Positions 1 to 28,642 of a stretch of 64,000 bases of DNA are shown here, piece after piece. The first letter of the stretch is position 1. Each line of letters opens with the position of its first letter. Source of the DNA: Amoebidium appalachense. Taxonomy: Eukaryota; Protista; Ichthyosporea. The notes beneath the pieces are model-generated. The model was not told the origin of the DNA and did no database searches. It worked only from the letters and a program-made list of their open reading frames with translations. The DNA lies in assembly GCA_963693365.1 (NCBI GenBank), contig CAVNZM010000002.1:11092328-11156327 (forward strand). Direction: 5' to 3'. Made by a program: the position numbers and the translations under genes.

Positions 1-8
1 CCACACAG

Positions 9-810
9 CACCGCATCCCCACTATCGATCTTTTCAGCGCGACTTTTGGCCGGCCGGACAGGTCGTGGGATGGGATGCACGTGAGGGCACCACAAAGGTA
101 TGAGCAAATTTTAATTTTTATTCAAGTGATTCTATTGGGGTCATGTCATGTTGGTGTGCCGTTGCTCGCACTTGCAGGACTTGCGCATGGTAAAATCTCA
201 GAAACGACACCTTGTGTGCACGTGACACACACGTGAAACTGACACATGTCAGTGCCGCGTGGTCATTGGTTGCCCATGACACAGATCTGCCATATATGCA
301 TGTGTATGTTTTTTTTCACCTTGGAGGATGAACCCTCGCCCCCATATTGCATTGCATGCTACCATTGTGTCCGACATTCGTACCACTGATATCCGACAAC
401 CGCGCGTCAATATCGTAAGGCCAAAAAAGGGTTGGCCAGACGGATTTCTGGGAAGGGCGGGATGGGACGTGTGAGTGCTCAGAGAGAGAGGAAGAGGAGG
501 AGGGGAAGGGAAGTGGTGGGAGGTTGGGGGGGGGGGGGGAGGGGGGATAGGACGGAAAGAAAAGGGAGAGGAGGTGAGATCGAGCGGTGTAGGAGGGACT
601 CGGCGGCGCAGGGAGGGGGGGGGGGGGGGGGGGGGGAGGTGTTAACAGGCCAAAAAAAAAAAGAAAGAAAGAAAGAAGAAAAAAAAAGGGGGGGGGGGGG
701 GGGAGGAGGGGGGGGGGGGGGGGACCGAAGTTGATATACGTGAGCAATAATGTTCTGGCGTTTAGTTTTCTTTTTTTTAGATTCTAATTCTTGAACGCTC
801 CTTGATCCCT

Positions 811-847
<37 letters not shown>

Positions 848-1018
848 TTTTTGTATTTGTTACTTCTTGAATTATCCTTCTTGAATTATCCGCCCACCAA
901 CCTATTCGTCAAAACCCCGCTTACACTTCTTCTTTCCCCACTACCTCCTACCCAATCCTCTCCTTCCCCCCCCCCCCCCCTCCACCCCAACACACACACA
1001 CACACACACGTGCGCACG

Positions 1019-1073
<55 letters not shown>

Positions 1074-1275
1074 AAACACACCCACCAGCAGACGGCCGTC
1101 ACGGAGTGCCCGAGCCACCACAGCCACCACAGTGACCCGGGAGCAGTTCTGTGCCGGGGACTGGTATGGACGGGAGTTCGACCCACAGGCATACCCCCCC
1201 ACCATGACACGTACGGTGGCACAGATAGCATACAACACTATCTTCAATGTGTGGGCGGAAAGGGTGGGTTATTGA
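9..1275 (+). CDS. Last two exons (9-97, 1089-1275) of a probable SGNH/PC-esterase-like (DxxH) hydrolase or O-acetyltransferase; 5' part lies outside the window
   Basis: cacacAG|9 ... 97|GTATGA and ccaccAG|1089 join in phase: HRIPTIDLFSATFGRPDRSWDGMHVRAPQS...TVAQIAYNTIFNVWAERVGY*. The DGMH motif followed by a C-terminal helix resembles SGNH block V. Family call is an inference. Confidence 0.55.
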
Positions 1276-2061
1276 GTGGTAGAAGTGGTGGGGATCAGAG
1301 GTGGGGGGAAAGTGAGGAAAGGGAGGGGGGATGTGGTTGTGCGCGTTGAAGTCAAGGATCTTAAGGAGATTCAGAAGGTTTAAAGAGGTGAGTAAAGGAG
1401 AGGCCGCGTAAGGTGAGGGAGGGTAATATTTGGGATGTGTGTTGCTGTGAACCCCTCATTTTCGGTTTTTCACTCTATGTAAGGATGTTGTTGTTTGGTT
1501 TGCTGTGGAGGGGATAACGGTTGTGTGACAATTGTGAACGTGTGCATATTCACGAGTTAGTTTTTAATTGTTGGGGTAAATGGAAAAATTAATCATACTC
1601 GTCTGTATGATGGTCCTCTGAATGATTTATGTTCTCTATGATTTGGCAATGTGATTTTGCATATCTGTGAAGGGTGTGCTGTATGGGTGTATTGCGCGAA
1701 TGAGGATAGGAGCTTGAAAACACGAAACTCAACAGCCAAAGTGAGTCAATGTAATTTTTCATATTAGAAAAAATTAGTTACTGCGAACTACTGTGGGGCT
1801 TTAGTTGCGTTAAATATTGGCCTCTTGGGTGCATGCCACGGTGTACATAACATTCATCCATTCATAAGGCTGGTAGACAATTGAATCAATGACTAGGCGA
1901 TCCGCAAAGATAATTGTACAAAAATATCCTAGTAAATACGGTGACTTATTATCTACCCTCAGCACCCGGTGTCTGTCCCTTCACGTTTTCGTCAAGCAGA
2001 ATTCATTAACCTACCGTGTTTGCCTACGACTCTCACTAGAAAACTTGCAATTGCAAACCTC

Positions 2062-2102
<41 letters not shown>

Positions 2103-2106
2103 AGCG

Positions 2107-2171
<65 letters not shown>

Positions 2172-2367
2172 ATGGAAGATCGGCTGATCGATCGTGAGAA
2201 CGGTTAGCTGGGATGATGTACACGGGTGTGTGTATCCACATGCACACACATGAGCCATCTCAACCCACAGCTGCCTGGCTGCATGATCATTGACCTAGGC
2301 TACACAATACCACCCACTATATATATATATTGGTTTATTCTTGCCACACACCGCATCAACGTCGACC

Positions 2368-2408
<41 letters not shown>

Positions 2409-2727
2409 TCCCCCACGTATGTGCCCAGTTCAGAAAATGAGTAACCCCGGGCCCTAGGCCCCTGTCATCCCAGGTAAACACCCTCACACGTACCCACGCA
2501 TGTCCCCGGCCATGGCCCGCAAACTGAAGTCCAGAGCTAAGGCACATACATATATTGCATGCATTATGTACCCCCAATTGCCCCACAGTCCATATATGCA
2601 AATCACTGGATACTGCCACATGTGCATGCCACACGCACGCACGCACACACGGCCCCCGATCCGTGTGCAGTATGGCAGGCACATGCACACAAAGTTTTTA
2701 ATAGAAATATGTAAAATAGCGGTGGGA

Positions 2728-2769
2728 CACGGCCATCTAGAAACACCACGGTGTTTCTAGATAGCCGTG
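2728..2769. mobile_element. 42-bp hairpin mini-MITE (CACGGCC termini) with 8-bp TSD
   Basis: CACGGCCATCTAGAAACACC-ac-GGTGTTTCTAGATAGCCGTG (20-bp arms, 1 mismatch), flanked on both sides by CGGTGGGA (2720-2727, 2770-2777). Confidence 0.75.
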
Positions 2770-3042
2770 CGGTGGGATAATCTGAATGAAAATTTGCGAT
2801 ATCAAGCTCTGGCGGGATCTGGCGGCGCCCGTGTTAGCGGCAAGGCCCCCTAAACTCCGGTCAGGGGCTGTCAGGGGCCCACCGGCCAGTGGCCACCACA
2901 AAACAAATACACTAATATAACACACACACACACAAACAAAAAATACACACTATCTGTGATATCTCGCATGCTTTTCTTGATGAGCTTATCAATAAAGTCA
3001 TTAAAAAGAAAAAAATACACAAACACGCACAAACAAACAAAA

Positions 3043-6181
<3,139 letters not shown>

Positions 6182-6322
6182 TTTCCCGTAATTTTAGATG
6201 CTAGGTTAGGGTTTTTAGGATGTAACTGTATAGGCCTCCGCTTTTGTGAACGATAGCGGTGTACTTTGATAGACTAACACGTACTAGTTTGCACGGAGTG
6301 TAGGGTGACTTGTGGACCAGTC

Positions 6323-6381
6323 GGCCAAATGATGACGTCAGCAGCTGCAACCCGATTGGGCGGCTGGTTGACTGACTTGCC
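6323..6381 (+). promoter_or_regulatory. Eukaryotic SECIS element (type II) in the 3'UTR of the AhpD-like gene
   Basis: Helix I GGCCAA/TTGCC; core ATGAC (6332-6336) and TGAC (6373-6376); helix II GTCAGCAGCTG/CGGCTGGTTGAC (11 bp, one bulge); unpaired AA (6349-6350); apical mini-stem CCC-GATT-GGG. Folded by hand. Confidence 0.85.
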
Positions 6382-6432
6382 TTTTATGGTAGGGATAGCC
6401 CCACAAACCCTGCCGAGCCGGTGCAGGTGAGA

Positions 6433-6438
6433 AATAAA
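6433..6438 (+). terminator. Putative polyadenylation signal AATAAA of the AhpD-like gene
   Basis: AATAAA about 50 nt downstream of the SECIS, which would place the SECIS inside the mRNA. Confidence 0.5.
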
Positions 6439-6881
6439 TAAGTAATTGTGAAATAGTGCTTAAACTTGTCATGGGTGTTTCCAAACCCAGTAATCCCCGT
6501 AAGTGTACTTGTAAATACCGTAGAATAACATGCATAATGCATGCGCATTGTTTGGGAAAGTCGATCGGGATACCGGTTTGCCCGGATTATCCCAATTGCA
6601 ACTTCCATCGACATGTGCCACAGCTACCGTGCATGTACAGGGGAAAGAGTCGGTAGGGTCATCGTGATCATGATGCATCTGATTCATGAAGTCACTGTGT
6701 GCTGCAGTGAAAACAATAATGTTATATCCCGGTAGTTTGATCTGAGCCACTCCATCCCCCCACTATGTGGCCATTATAATTACACTCCGGGTGTTGCAAA
6801 TATGTGCTGACCATGCAGTCGCTTGCATGCGTGCGTGCACACGATATATCCGGCGGGGGCACAGGGCGCGGCCGGAGGGGG

Positions 6882-6914
<33 letters not shown>

Positions 6915-7148
6915 TATATGGGATCCCGGGAGGGGCGCAGAGCCCCCGAGGGCGGGGGGTCCTAGTAGCTACGATTATGAGAGGAAAGTACAAGCGGAAA
7001 AAAACAATGGAGAGTACATACGTGCAAACCACAAACACAATATCATGGCATAAGCTGAGCATAGCCACCCTCGAGCTCAGGCAGGGCCTAAGTCATCCCG
7101 ACCGAAAATTTTTTTGTGCCTTCAGTTTTGCCTTCTATTTGTGTGTAC

Positions 7149-7220
<72 letters not shown>

Positions 7221-7692
7221 AAGGGGAAGGAAGGGAGAGGGGGGAGAAGGGGGGAAATATCGCAACTAATGTGTACACATTTATAGCACGGGCTATATAC
7301 TGCTTACTTTATTTCTGCTCACAGTGCAACACGGTTTTTTTTAACTATCACACGTCAGTCTGAGAAACCAATCTGCCGCACGCAAGACCAGAAGAGTGCA
7401 CACCAATTCATACAGATTATCTTGTACTATGGCAGCACATTTCCACAACATGAACTATAGAAGTTGCATGGTTTAAAGCAGTCACCTATTTAGGCACCGA
7501 CAGAGCTAACGAACACTTTCAACTAAAAACCTTCAACTCGGTCTGGAATATATATCCACCACCATGTATGTACCACCAAACATTCGTTTGGTAAACATCG
7601 GTAACATATCCATGATTCAGAAACATGTGTACACAAACCACCAGACCAGGCTCCGACACATTACAATACTTCAGAATCTCATATACACCTAA

Positions 7693-19223
<11,531 letters not shown>

Positions 19224-20267
19224 TTTCCTTCTCCTGTCTGCCTAACTGGACTGTTACTAACGTGCCCTTGTTCAAGCGGCTATCCAAATACCAAACATGA
19301 CAATTAGCGCCCTCGAAACCAGAAGGGCGGAGCACCGACTCGATTGATGAAAAACCAGAAAATGAACCGCTAAAAAAACAAAGCTGTCACTTCACAGCGA
19401 TTATTTTACAGCCTTATACCAGGGCCGTGTCAATGATGTTTTAATATCCAAATCTGCCGTCCTAAGTCTTTTCAAGCACCAACTGTTGTGTTTCTCATGC
19501 TACTATGAACGCTTCAATTTCCTACATGAACTCGAGAAGTTCAAAGTCTTATGCCTAGTGAAGGGAAAAAAGGCTTGAAACAGCGCGAAAAAAACTTTGA
19601 AAAAAAAAGTTGCAAAAGCCAGCTTTCCACGCAACCGCCACCCAGGCTGTTCGTGTTTTGTTTTCAAGCGCGCGCGCACGAAAAGGCCGGCCTCCGTGAC
19701 GTCACGTGCCGCTGTTGAGCCAAACCTGTTTGCCAAATGTGGACAAACCGTTCCAGCCATATACCATATAAAGCTAAAACGATTCGAAATACACTAAGCG
19801 AGTCGGGTCATAAAATGGACATAATAACCCGAAAACTGTCTGGGTCGCGACCCGGAAATGCAATTGCTGTCGTCACCAAACAAACTCTGAGCGGCTCGCG
19901 TCCATTTTCAGTTTTTCAAAGACCGAGCGTTTTTTTTGTTCTCTACCTTACAAAAGGCCTTTTTGGGGGTGCTTTGTTGCTTCTCTTGGCGTCTTTTTTG
20001 CAGTAGGAATAAAGAAAGAAGTGGCAGGTACTGTAGTGGCATTTTGGAAAGCGTAGCCCACAGTTAGCTGAACCACACACCCAGGGGAGCCCCCACCACC
20101 TACCACGACTATTATAGGCCTCGCTCGTTTTTTTGACACCATTCTTAGCAACTATTGTAGGCGAGACACAGACAACCGCTTCCGATATATCCCTCTTCGT
20201 GTATTCGTGATAGCACATACACATACACACACACCCGCCACTCATCCCTCCACCCACACGCTAAAGA
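19224..20267. promoter_or_regulatory. Bidirectional promoter region between the KANSL2-like gene and PSMD6, with a CRE-like palindrome GTGACGTCAC at 19696-19705
   Basis: Head-to-head start codons about 1 kb apart; microsatellite-free interval; TGACGTCA motif near the centre. Confidence 0.5.
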
Positions 20268-20442
20268 ATGGCAAACGACGACGGGTCCCTCCCCAAGCTG
20301 CCCAATCTTGAGCTGGCCCAGCTCAGGTTTGAGCTTTTGCACGCGGATGAATTGGGAAAGGATAAGGCCGAGTTGAAGAGCAAACTGCTGGCGGCAATAG
20401 AAGAGGATAGTACGTGCCCCTGTATGTGTGTCTGGAAGGGTG

Positions 20443-20475
<33 letters not shown>

Positions 20476-21040
20476 GGGTACGTGCCCCTGTATGTGTGTC
20501 CGGAAAGGTGCCGGGGGGGGGGGGGGGGGGGGGAGGATGAGGGGTCAGGGAGGGAGGGAGGTGGTGGGAAGGGGGGGGACAGGGCGGCTGTGCCAGGGGG
20601 AGGGGAGGGGGGCTTTTTTAAAGCTTTCAGAACGGTGAGAATGTTGAAAACCATCCCCTAGTAACACATGCCGGCTTGGATCTGATAACAGACCGGGGTG
20701 AGGGTGACGGGGGAAGGTGGTGACGAGAGGGGAGGGGGGTTGTTTGTACGTTTTTGGTGGGCGTGTCCGTGGGTGCATTTTGAATCGAGGGAGGAAAGGG
20801 GTAAGAAAGAAGGGGTGTGGGGGGGAGAGGGGGGAGGGGGGGGAGGGGGGCACGGGGAAAGTGGAGCTGGTGGTGGGAGTGGGGAACGGGGACAGGGTGG
20901 GAAGCAGGTAGCTTTTGACTATGGACATATCTTTATTTCTGTGGCATATTCTGATTCGCACGTGCACAAGGGCATTTTGTACAAAGGAAAAGTTTTGGAC
21001 TGACACTTTGGAGTAGAGTGAAGAGAAGAGTTTTTTTTTT

Positions 21041-21072
<32 letters not shown>

Positions 21073-21285
21073 GGGGGGGGAGGGCACTCAATATGTTGTC
21101 TTGGCTCCCGTCAAGTAATTCTCCTTGCTCTATGCACTTGTTACGTAACGCCATTGGTTTCTACCCAACTAATGGGTGCGCTAATATTGAAATATTTATT
21201 TGACGGGTGCTGTCTTATCTCACCTCGCTTAGTGTGCACATGTACATATCCTCTCTTTTTTTTTTTTTTGGCTTTCCCACCTGGT

Positions 21286-21323
<38 letters not shown>

Positions 21324-21645
21324 GGTAGGTGCATGGGTGTTTGGGAAGGGCAGGCTGTAAACCATATAAATGGCATCAATTGTGTGTTTTTGTATCTATG
21401 TGTGTGTGGGGTGGTGGTGGTGGAGGGGGGGGGGGGGGGGGGGGGGGGGTATGTACAGCACATAAAAGAAGGCAACTGCTATTAGGTCATAGAGCGATGC
21501 CTACAGGAATAGAGGAAAGGGGGGAGGGGGGAGAAGGGGGGGGGGGGGGGGAAGGGGGGACACATGCACACAGAAGTTACCGATGCACACATGCGCGCGC
21601 GCACACACACACACACTCACACTCGCACTCACACACACACACCAG

Positions 21646-21679
<34 letters not shown>

Positions 21680-21859
21680 CCCAGGATGTGCTGTGCTTAT
21701 TATGCATTTTATGTGTGTTTTTCACTCTGTTCATTGTGATGTTCTTTATGCGTGCTTCATGTTCCATAATGTCTTCTAGCCCTCCCCCCTCCCTCTACCC
21801 TCCGTGTTACACCTTCAACTCTCCCTCCATTTTACTTTCTGCGCCTTCCCTCCTGCTCC

Positions 21860-21912
<53 letters not shown>

Positions 21913-22175
21913 ACACTCAATCGTGTGATGATTTAGGCCCCCCTGAGGACGGGCTCTACTGTTGATAAAACTCATTGTGTGTGCTCCTTATTTTTATACA
22001 AAATCTGTGTGCTGCCCATCGTGAATGTATACTTCGTACCCTTGAACACATTCTAACCTCTTCCCCCCACCCACCGCCTTACCTGATCACCACCGATACA
22101 CACACACACGCGCGCGCGCGCGCGCGTGCGCGCGCGCACGTACACACGTACACACATGTACATACACACACACGT

Positions 22176-22224
<49 letters not shown>

Positions 22225-22231
22225 CACCCAA

Positions 22232-22269
<38 letters not shown>

Positions 22270-23192
22270 TGCCCAGACATGGCGCCGTTCTATGCCGAGC
22301 TCTGTGCGGAGGCCGGCTGGGCTGTGGACAGTGCGCTCAAGGCCAAGATGGAGGCATGGTGTGAGGCCAAGAACGAGGTGCTGACAGCTGCTATCGAGGA
22401 TGCTGAGAAGAACCTGGGCGAGACAGAAACGAGGGACTGCATGGTGGCAAGGGCAGAGCACTACTGCAGAATCGGTGACAAGGTGTGTTTTTGTTTTTAG
22501 TTTTGTTATCATTTTTGAGTTATTTATTTATTTGTCTATTGATGCAAGCTGGGGAAGTGGTTTTTTTTTTTTTTTTTTTTTTTTTTTGGGGGGGGGGGGG
22601 GAGCCACTTTTGTGTGTGTGTTTGGGGGGGGGGGGGGGGGGGGGGGATGCTTTTTGTGTTTGGGGTTAGCATGGTGTGGTGTAACCGTGCGTTGAGTGTT
22701 CGCTGCCCTGTCCTGCATTGCCTATCGTCCTCTACACCTTAACGACTATCGGGGGAGGGGGGGGGGGGGGGGGGGGGGGGGGGTTCTGGCGTGCTGGTAA
22801 GAGCGGCATATATAGCTCAGCTTGATTGTGGACGTGAGTGTACATACCTATGATGGGATGCAGATGAGATATCCAGCATGTTTGAAACGATTAGGGAGTT
22901 AAAAAGGCATACACCCTTCACCCTTGAATCATTAGGATTATGTGCGGAGTTTCGTGTGCTCACGGGAAATGCGACACAGGAGAAAGCGGTGAGTGCGTTC
23001 AGGCAGGCATACGACAAGACGGTGTCCCTGGGCCACCGACTGGACATTGTGTTTACACTGATCCGCATGGGGCTGTTCTACATGGACTATGGTCTGGTCA
23101 CAAGGAACATCGAGAAGGCTAAGACGTACGTGTGCACGCATGCACATGCACACACTCACACATGCCCGGCACGCTTATACACACACACAAGT

Positions 23193-23246
<54 letters not shown>

Positions 23247-23269
23247 AAACACGAGCGCACGTACACACA

Positions 23270-23310
<41 letters not shown>

Positions 23311-24030
23311 ACACGCGCGCGCGTGGGAAGACGCTCAAGGGCACGCTGGAGCACATATACACAAGTACACACATGCACACACTCACGAGAAGGCACGAGC
23401 ACACACACACACACACACATGCATGCACACAACCACACACTCGCAGACGCGCGCGCGCACACACACACACACACATGCGTGTGCGTGCCCGCCGGACGCG
23501 GACACAGATATCGACGCACACACAGACGTACACGAATACTAACACATACACCCGCTCATGCATCGGGGACACTTCCAAGTATTAATATTTGCAGTTGCAA
23601 ATGCACATGTTTCATCAGTAAAGTACACGTTCTTGTGATTTTACATGGTGTGTAGTGTGGTAATATGTGTATGTGCACAATGGTGTGTGTCGTGACTGAC
23701 CCATCCAGGGGTGAAGAGGGCAGGAGAGGGGAAGGGGGGGAGGGGGGGGGGGGGGGGGGGGGGGGGGAAGGGGGGGGAAAGGAGATGTCAATGCTTTCTT
23801 GGATATTCGAAGCACTTGGTTTTTGCTGTTCTAAACCATACCACCATCATCCCCTTCCCCCTCCCGTTCTCTCCCCCTCGTCAAAACACACAGACACATA
23901 CCCCCCCCCCCCCCCCCCCCCCTCCACACACACACATCCGCTCCTCTGTGTCGCTCTCTCTCTCTTCCCCTCCCCCCCCCCCCCCACACACACACACACA
24001 CACACATCCACTCCTGTGTCGCTCTCTCTC

Positions 24031-24065
<35 letters not shown>

Positions 24066-24103
24066 ACACACATCCGCTCCTCTGTGTCTCTCTCTCTCTC
24101 TTC

Positions 24104-24134
<31 letters not shown>

Positions 24135-25195
24135 ACATCCGCTCCTCTGTGTCGCTCTCTCTCTCTCCCCCCCCCCCCCCCACACACACACACACACACA
24201 CTTACACGTACACAGGCTGATCGAGGAGGGAGGGGACTGGGACCGGCGCAACCGTCTCAAGGTGTACGAGGGCACATACCTCATGGCCGTGCGCAGCTTC
24301 AGGCCGGCCGCCACGCTGTTCCTCGATGCCATCAGCACGTTCACGGCCAGCGAGCTCATGCACTACCACACATTCGGCACGTACACGGCACTGGTCTCCC
24401 TGCTCACCCTCGATAGGGTCCAGCTGGGCAAGAAGGTGGGGTGGATGGGTGGGTGTGGGGGGGTGGGGGGGGGGGGGCGTGTGGAGGGAGGGGGGGGGGG
24501 GGAAGGAGTGGGGGGAGGGGGGAAGGTGCGGGGGGAGGGATTGGGGGGGGGGGGGGGGGGGGGGGGGGGCTGCCTGGCTGTGTGTTATTTGCTTACAGGC
24601 ACAGGTGGCCTGCATTCGCCTGACATTCACACACACACACACACAAACAAATACACACGCGCTGACACCGTGCACTCTCAGGTTGTCAACTCACCAGAGA
24701 TTTTGGAGGCTGCGCACGAACGGCCCATTCTGGGAGCATACATCCGGTCCCTCTATGACTGCAACTATGCAGAGTTCTTCCGCTCCCTCGGTACGTTTTG
24801 CTGTGTGTGTGTGTCAGTGTGATGTGTGTGTGTGTTGATGGTGGTGGTTGGGGGGGGGGGGGACACTTGGATGGTGCAAGTGAATTCGGTGTTGCCCTCT
24901 GAATGCATGTGGTGTGCTTGGTGGCAGGGAAATTTGGTGCACTGCTTTGGGTCGTGTATGCATGCGCAGGCATGTGTGGTTTAGTGCATATGCCGTGCAT
25001 TCACACCGGTGTACGAATAAGCACGCTGGTACACACACATGTGCATGCACGTGCGTGGGCGTGTGGGCACACACACAGAACATGACCCCAGCAAGCGTGA
25101 TTGGGCCACATTTTGTGCTTGCTGTCTGTTGCACGGTCGTGGATGGTGCTGCTCTAATATTTAAGCTTGATGTTAATGTTCTATTGCAGGGGAAG

Positions 25196-25270
<75 letters not shown>

Positions 25271-25281
25271 TGTGTGTTTGT

Positions 25282-25312
<31 letters not shown>

Positions 25313-25798
25313 CTGCTTGAGCAGCTTACTCTCCCACATCCTACTTTTCCCGAATGCATTACTGCCTATGCCACCCCCCCCCCCCCCCCCCCCCCCCTCT
25401 CCCCCCCCCTCCTTTCCCGGGTGAGGTTGACGAAGTGAATGGGTCTCGGGCACTTTGGATGACCTGGCCCTCTCTGAGGATGTGAGCCGATAACTATGCA
25501 TGGTGTTTTATGTGTGGTTTTTTTACTCTTCATTGTGCTGTTCGTTGTGAATGTGTACTTGTACTTATCCGTCGTGAATGTGTACAAACCTCCCCCCCCC
25601 CCCCCCCCCCCCCCCCCCTCTCCCCTCTCTTCCGTTGGCTTTGATTGACCCGAAACACGGGTCATGAGGATAGCTATAGCCCTTCCTGAGGACGGGTCCT
25701 AACTCTCTGGCAAACTCTGTAGCTGTGTGTGCTTTTCGTTTGTATGCATTGCCTTATTGATCGTGAGGTCTGTCGTGAGTGCCTCATACCGTATAGCC

Positions 25799-25838
<40 letters not shown>

Positions 25839-26085
25839 TTTCCCCTTGCCGCCGCTCGCCTCCGATCGTGCTTCTGCCCTCCCTGCATGTGGCGTGATAC
25901 GATTGTAACCGTTCAAGCAACCAACCAACCAACCCCCCTGTGGATGACGTGGGCCCCCCCTGAGGATGGGCTCTGCTTATTATGCATACTCTTTATGTAT
26001 GGCTTGCATTCTGCATCGTGTTATCCGTTTGTTCTTGTGTACTTCGTACTTTTTGACGCATTCAAACCCCCCCCCCCCCCCCCCT

Positions 26086-26171
<86 letters not shown>

Positions 26172-26361
26172 TCTGTCCAATCCCTGTTCATCAGCTCAGC
26201 ACTGGCTCCAAACACTCGAGCGCACACATACACACACACTCTCTCTCTCTCTCTCCCCCCCCCTCCCACCCTCCCTCCCTGCTTCCCTCCCTCCCCCTCC
26301 CTCTCTCCCCCCCTCCCCCCTCTCTCTATGCCCGTCTCTTTTTCTCTCCCTTTTTCGCACA

Positions 26362-26452
<91 letters not shown>

Positions 26453-26885
26453 ACACACACACCCAGCGGCCATCGAGGGTCTGATGAAGGCCGACCGCTA
26501 CCTGTATGCGCACTACCGCTACTATGTGCGTGAGATGCGCATAGTGGCATACAGTCAGCTGCTGGAGAGCTACCGCTCAGTCACCCTGCAGTCGATGGCG
26601 GCATCGTTCGGTGTCTCCCCTGACTTCATCGATATGTGCGTGCCAAACTCTCCCCCTCTCCCCACGCGCACACACATGCACACGCACGCATGCACGCACG
26701 TATGCACGCACACGCACGCACACACACACGGGCAAGGAACACACACACACCACCACCACCACCATATCACCACTATAAGCCTAGAGCCTACCCCGCCTCT
26801 GGCGGGTGGTGAGAGGGTGCGGGCATCACAGATCTTTCAAGAGAAATCCCGGCCCCTCCTCACCTAATTAATCTGCGGCGCTCGG

Positions 26886-26967
<82 letters not shown>

Positions 26968-27220
26968 CATCACCACTCCCATCACCATCACCACTACCAC
27001 GGCCACCCCATGTTTGAATCGTGCTTGACCCTACCTCGTTTCTATAAAGATGTATTACGTGACCTTTTGGAGCTCAAATCTACGCATGCACACATAATTC
27101 CACACCAACATAGACATGCACACATACACGTACATGCCCACACCCACACTTACGAAAACACTACACTTACTCTACTCTCCCCATCCTTCCCCCCATCCCC
27201 TCCCCCCTCCCCCCTCCCCC

Positions 27221-27295
<75 letters not shown>

Positions 27296-27413
27296 ACAGA
27301 CACACACACACAGACACACACACACAGACACACGTGCGCGCGCGCGCGTAATCCTCTCTCCCTCCCTCCCCCCCCCCCCCCCCCCCCCCACCTACCCCCT
27401 CCGCCCCGCCCCC

Positions 27414-27444
<31 letters not shown>

Positions 27445-27673
27445 ACCCACCCACCCACCCACCCACTTCCCCAAACACACACGTACACACACGTACAGGG
27501 AGCTATCCCGGTTCATTGGAGCCGGGCGTCTGAGCTGCAAGGTGGACAAAGTTGGGGGCACTGTGGAGACGGCCCGCAATGACAGGCGCACAGGCCAGTA
27601 CACCTCAGTCATCAAGAGCGGCGACTTGCTGCTGGGCAGGGTCCAGAAACTGAGCCGGGTCATCAACATCTGA
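20268..27673 (+). CDS. PSMD6: 26S proteasome lid subunit Rpn7/PSMD6; exons 20268-20409, 22277-22482, 22980-23125, 24216-24435, 24682-24790, 26467-26635, 27499-27673; 388 aa
   Basis: Signature peptides [92 protein letters not shown]; all intron phases are consistent. Confidence 0.97.
23890..24200 (+). repeat. Minisatellite (~60-bp unit, about 5 copies) in PSMD6 intron 3
   Basis: Repeated CACACACATCCGCTCCTCTGTGTCGCTCTCTCTCT-Cn units directly upstream of the acceptor. Confidence 0.8.
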
Positions 27674-27950
27674 GCGATTAAAAACGACAAACTTTCTTAT
27701 GTACAGAAATGTGTGTGGGTTATAGATTATACGTTGATGTCATCATATGTATTGTAGTCCAACTTCTGCCCTTCCCCCCCCCCCCCCCCCCCCCCCCCCT
27801 CCCCCCCCCCCCCCCTCCTCCCCCCTCCTTCCCCTCCACAGAAAGAAAGAGAAAAGAAAGAAAGAAACGGAAATATTTTGACATACACCTGCACACACCC
27901 GCGCGCGCGCACACACACACACACACATGTGCGCACGTACGTACGAGCGT

Positions 27951-28003
<53 letters not shown>

Positions 28004-28439
28004 AGCAGCAGCAGACACACACAAACACACATGCACACAGCCACACACGCCCCTCCTGGTCCACGGCACCATCACCCGCTTTTCAAGCCACGCACAAGGA
28101 TGCACACATGACACATCCATAGTAATGGCATGGGCAAGAATGATTATCTTCCGTTGTGCATGTGCCACAGTGTCAGTGATGTACCGCTGCAAATCTTGTG
28201 GGGGACGCCAGTTTTTGCCTGTCACACGTTCCCCAGAGTGGGGGGCATACATGTACGTGAACCTGTACTGATGTGTCTTTTCTTATGTGCGTGTGCATGC
28301 ATGAGTGTGCTTACTGTGTGGCTGGGATGTGTACTCGCTGTGTTACGACGGCACCCGCTTGTCCACGTGTGTACATGTGCAAGTGTTGTTGAATGTCCAT
28401 GCACGTGCCGGCCACAGGCTGTGTGTATGCGCACGTGTT

Positions 28440-28483
<44 letters not shown>

Positions 28484-28611
28484 CTCAGCGTTATGTTGCT
28501 TGTACGTGTGTTGGTGTACGTACCTTTTTAATTTGTGTTGCATGTTGATTGGTTTCAATGTGATGTGCCCACATAGTCTTTTGTGTGCAATTGTGCAGTT
28601 GTGTGTCTGTC

Positions 28612-28642
<31 letters not shown>

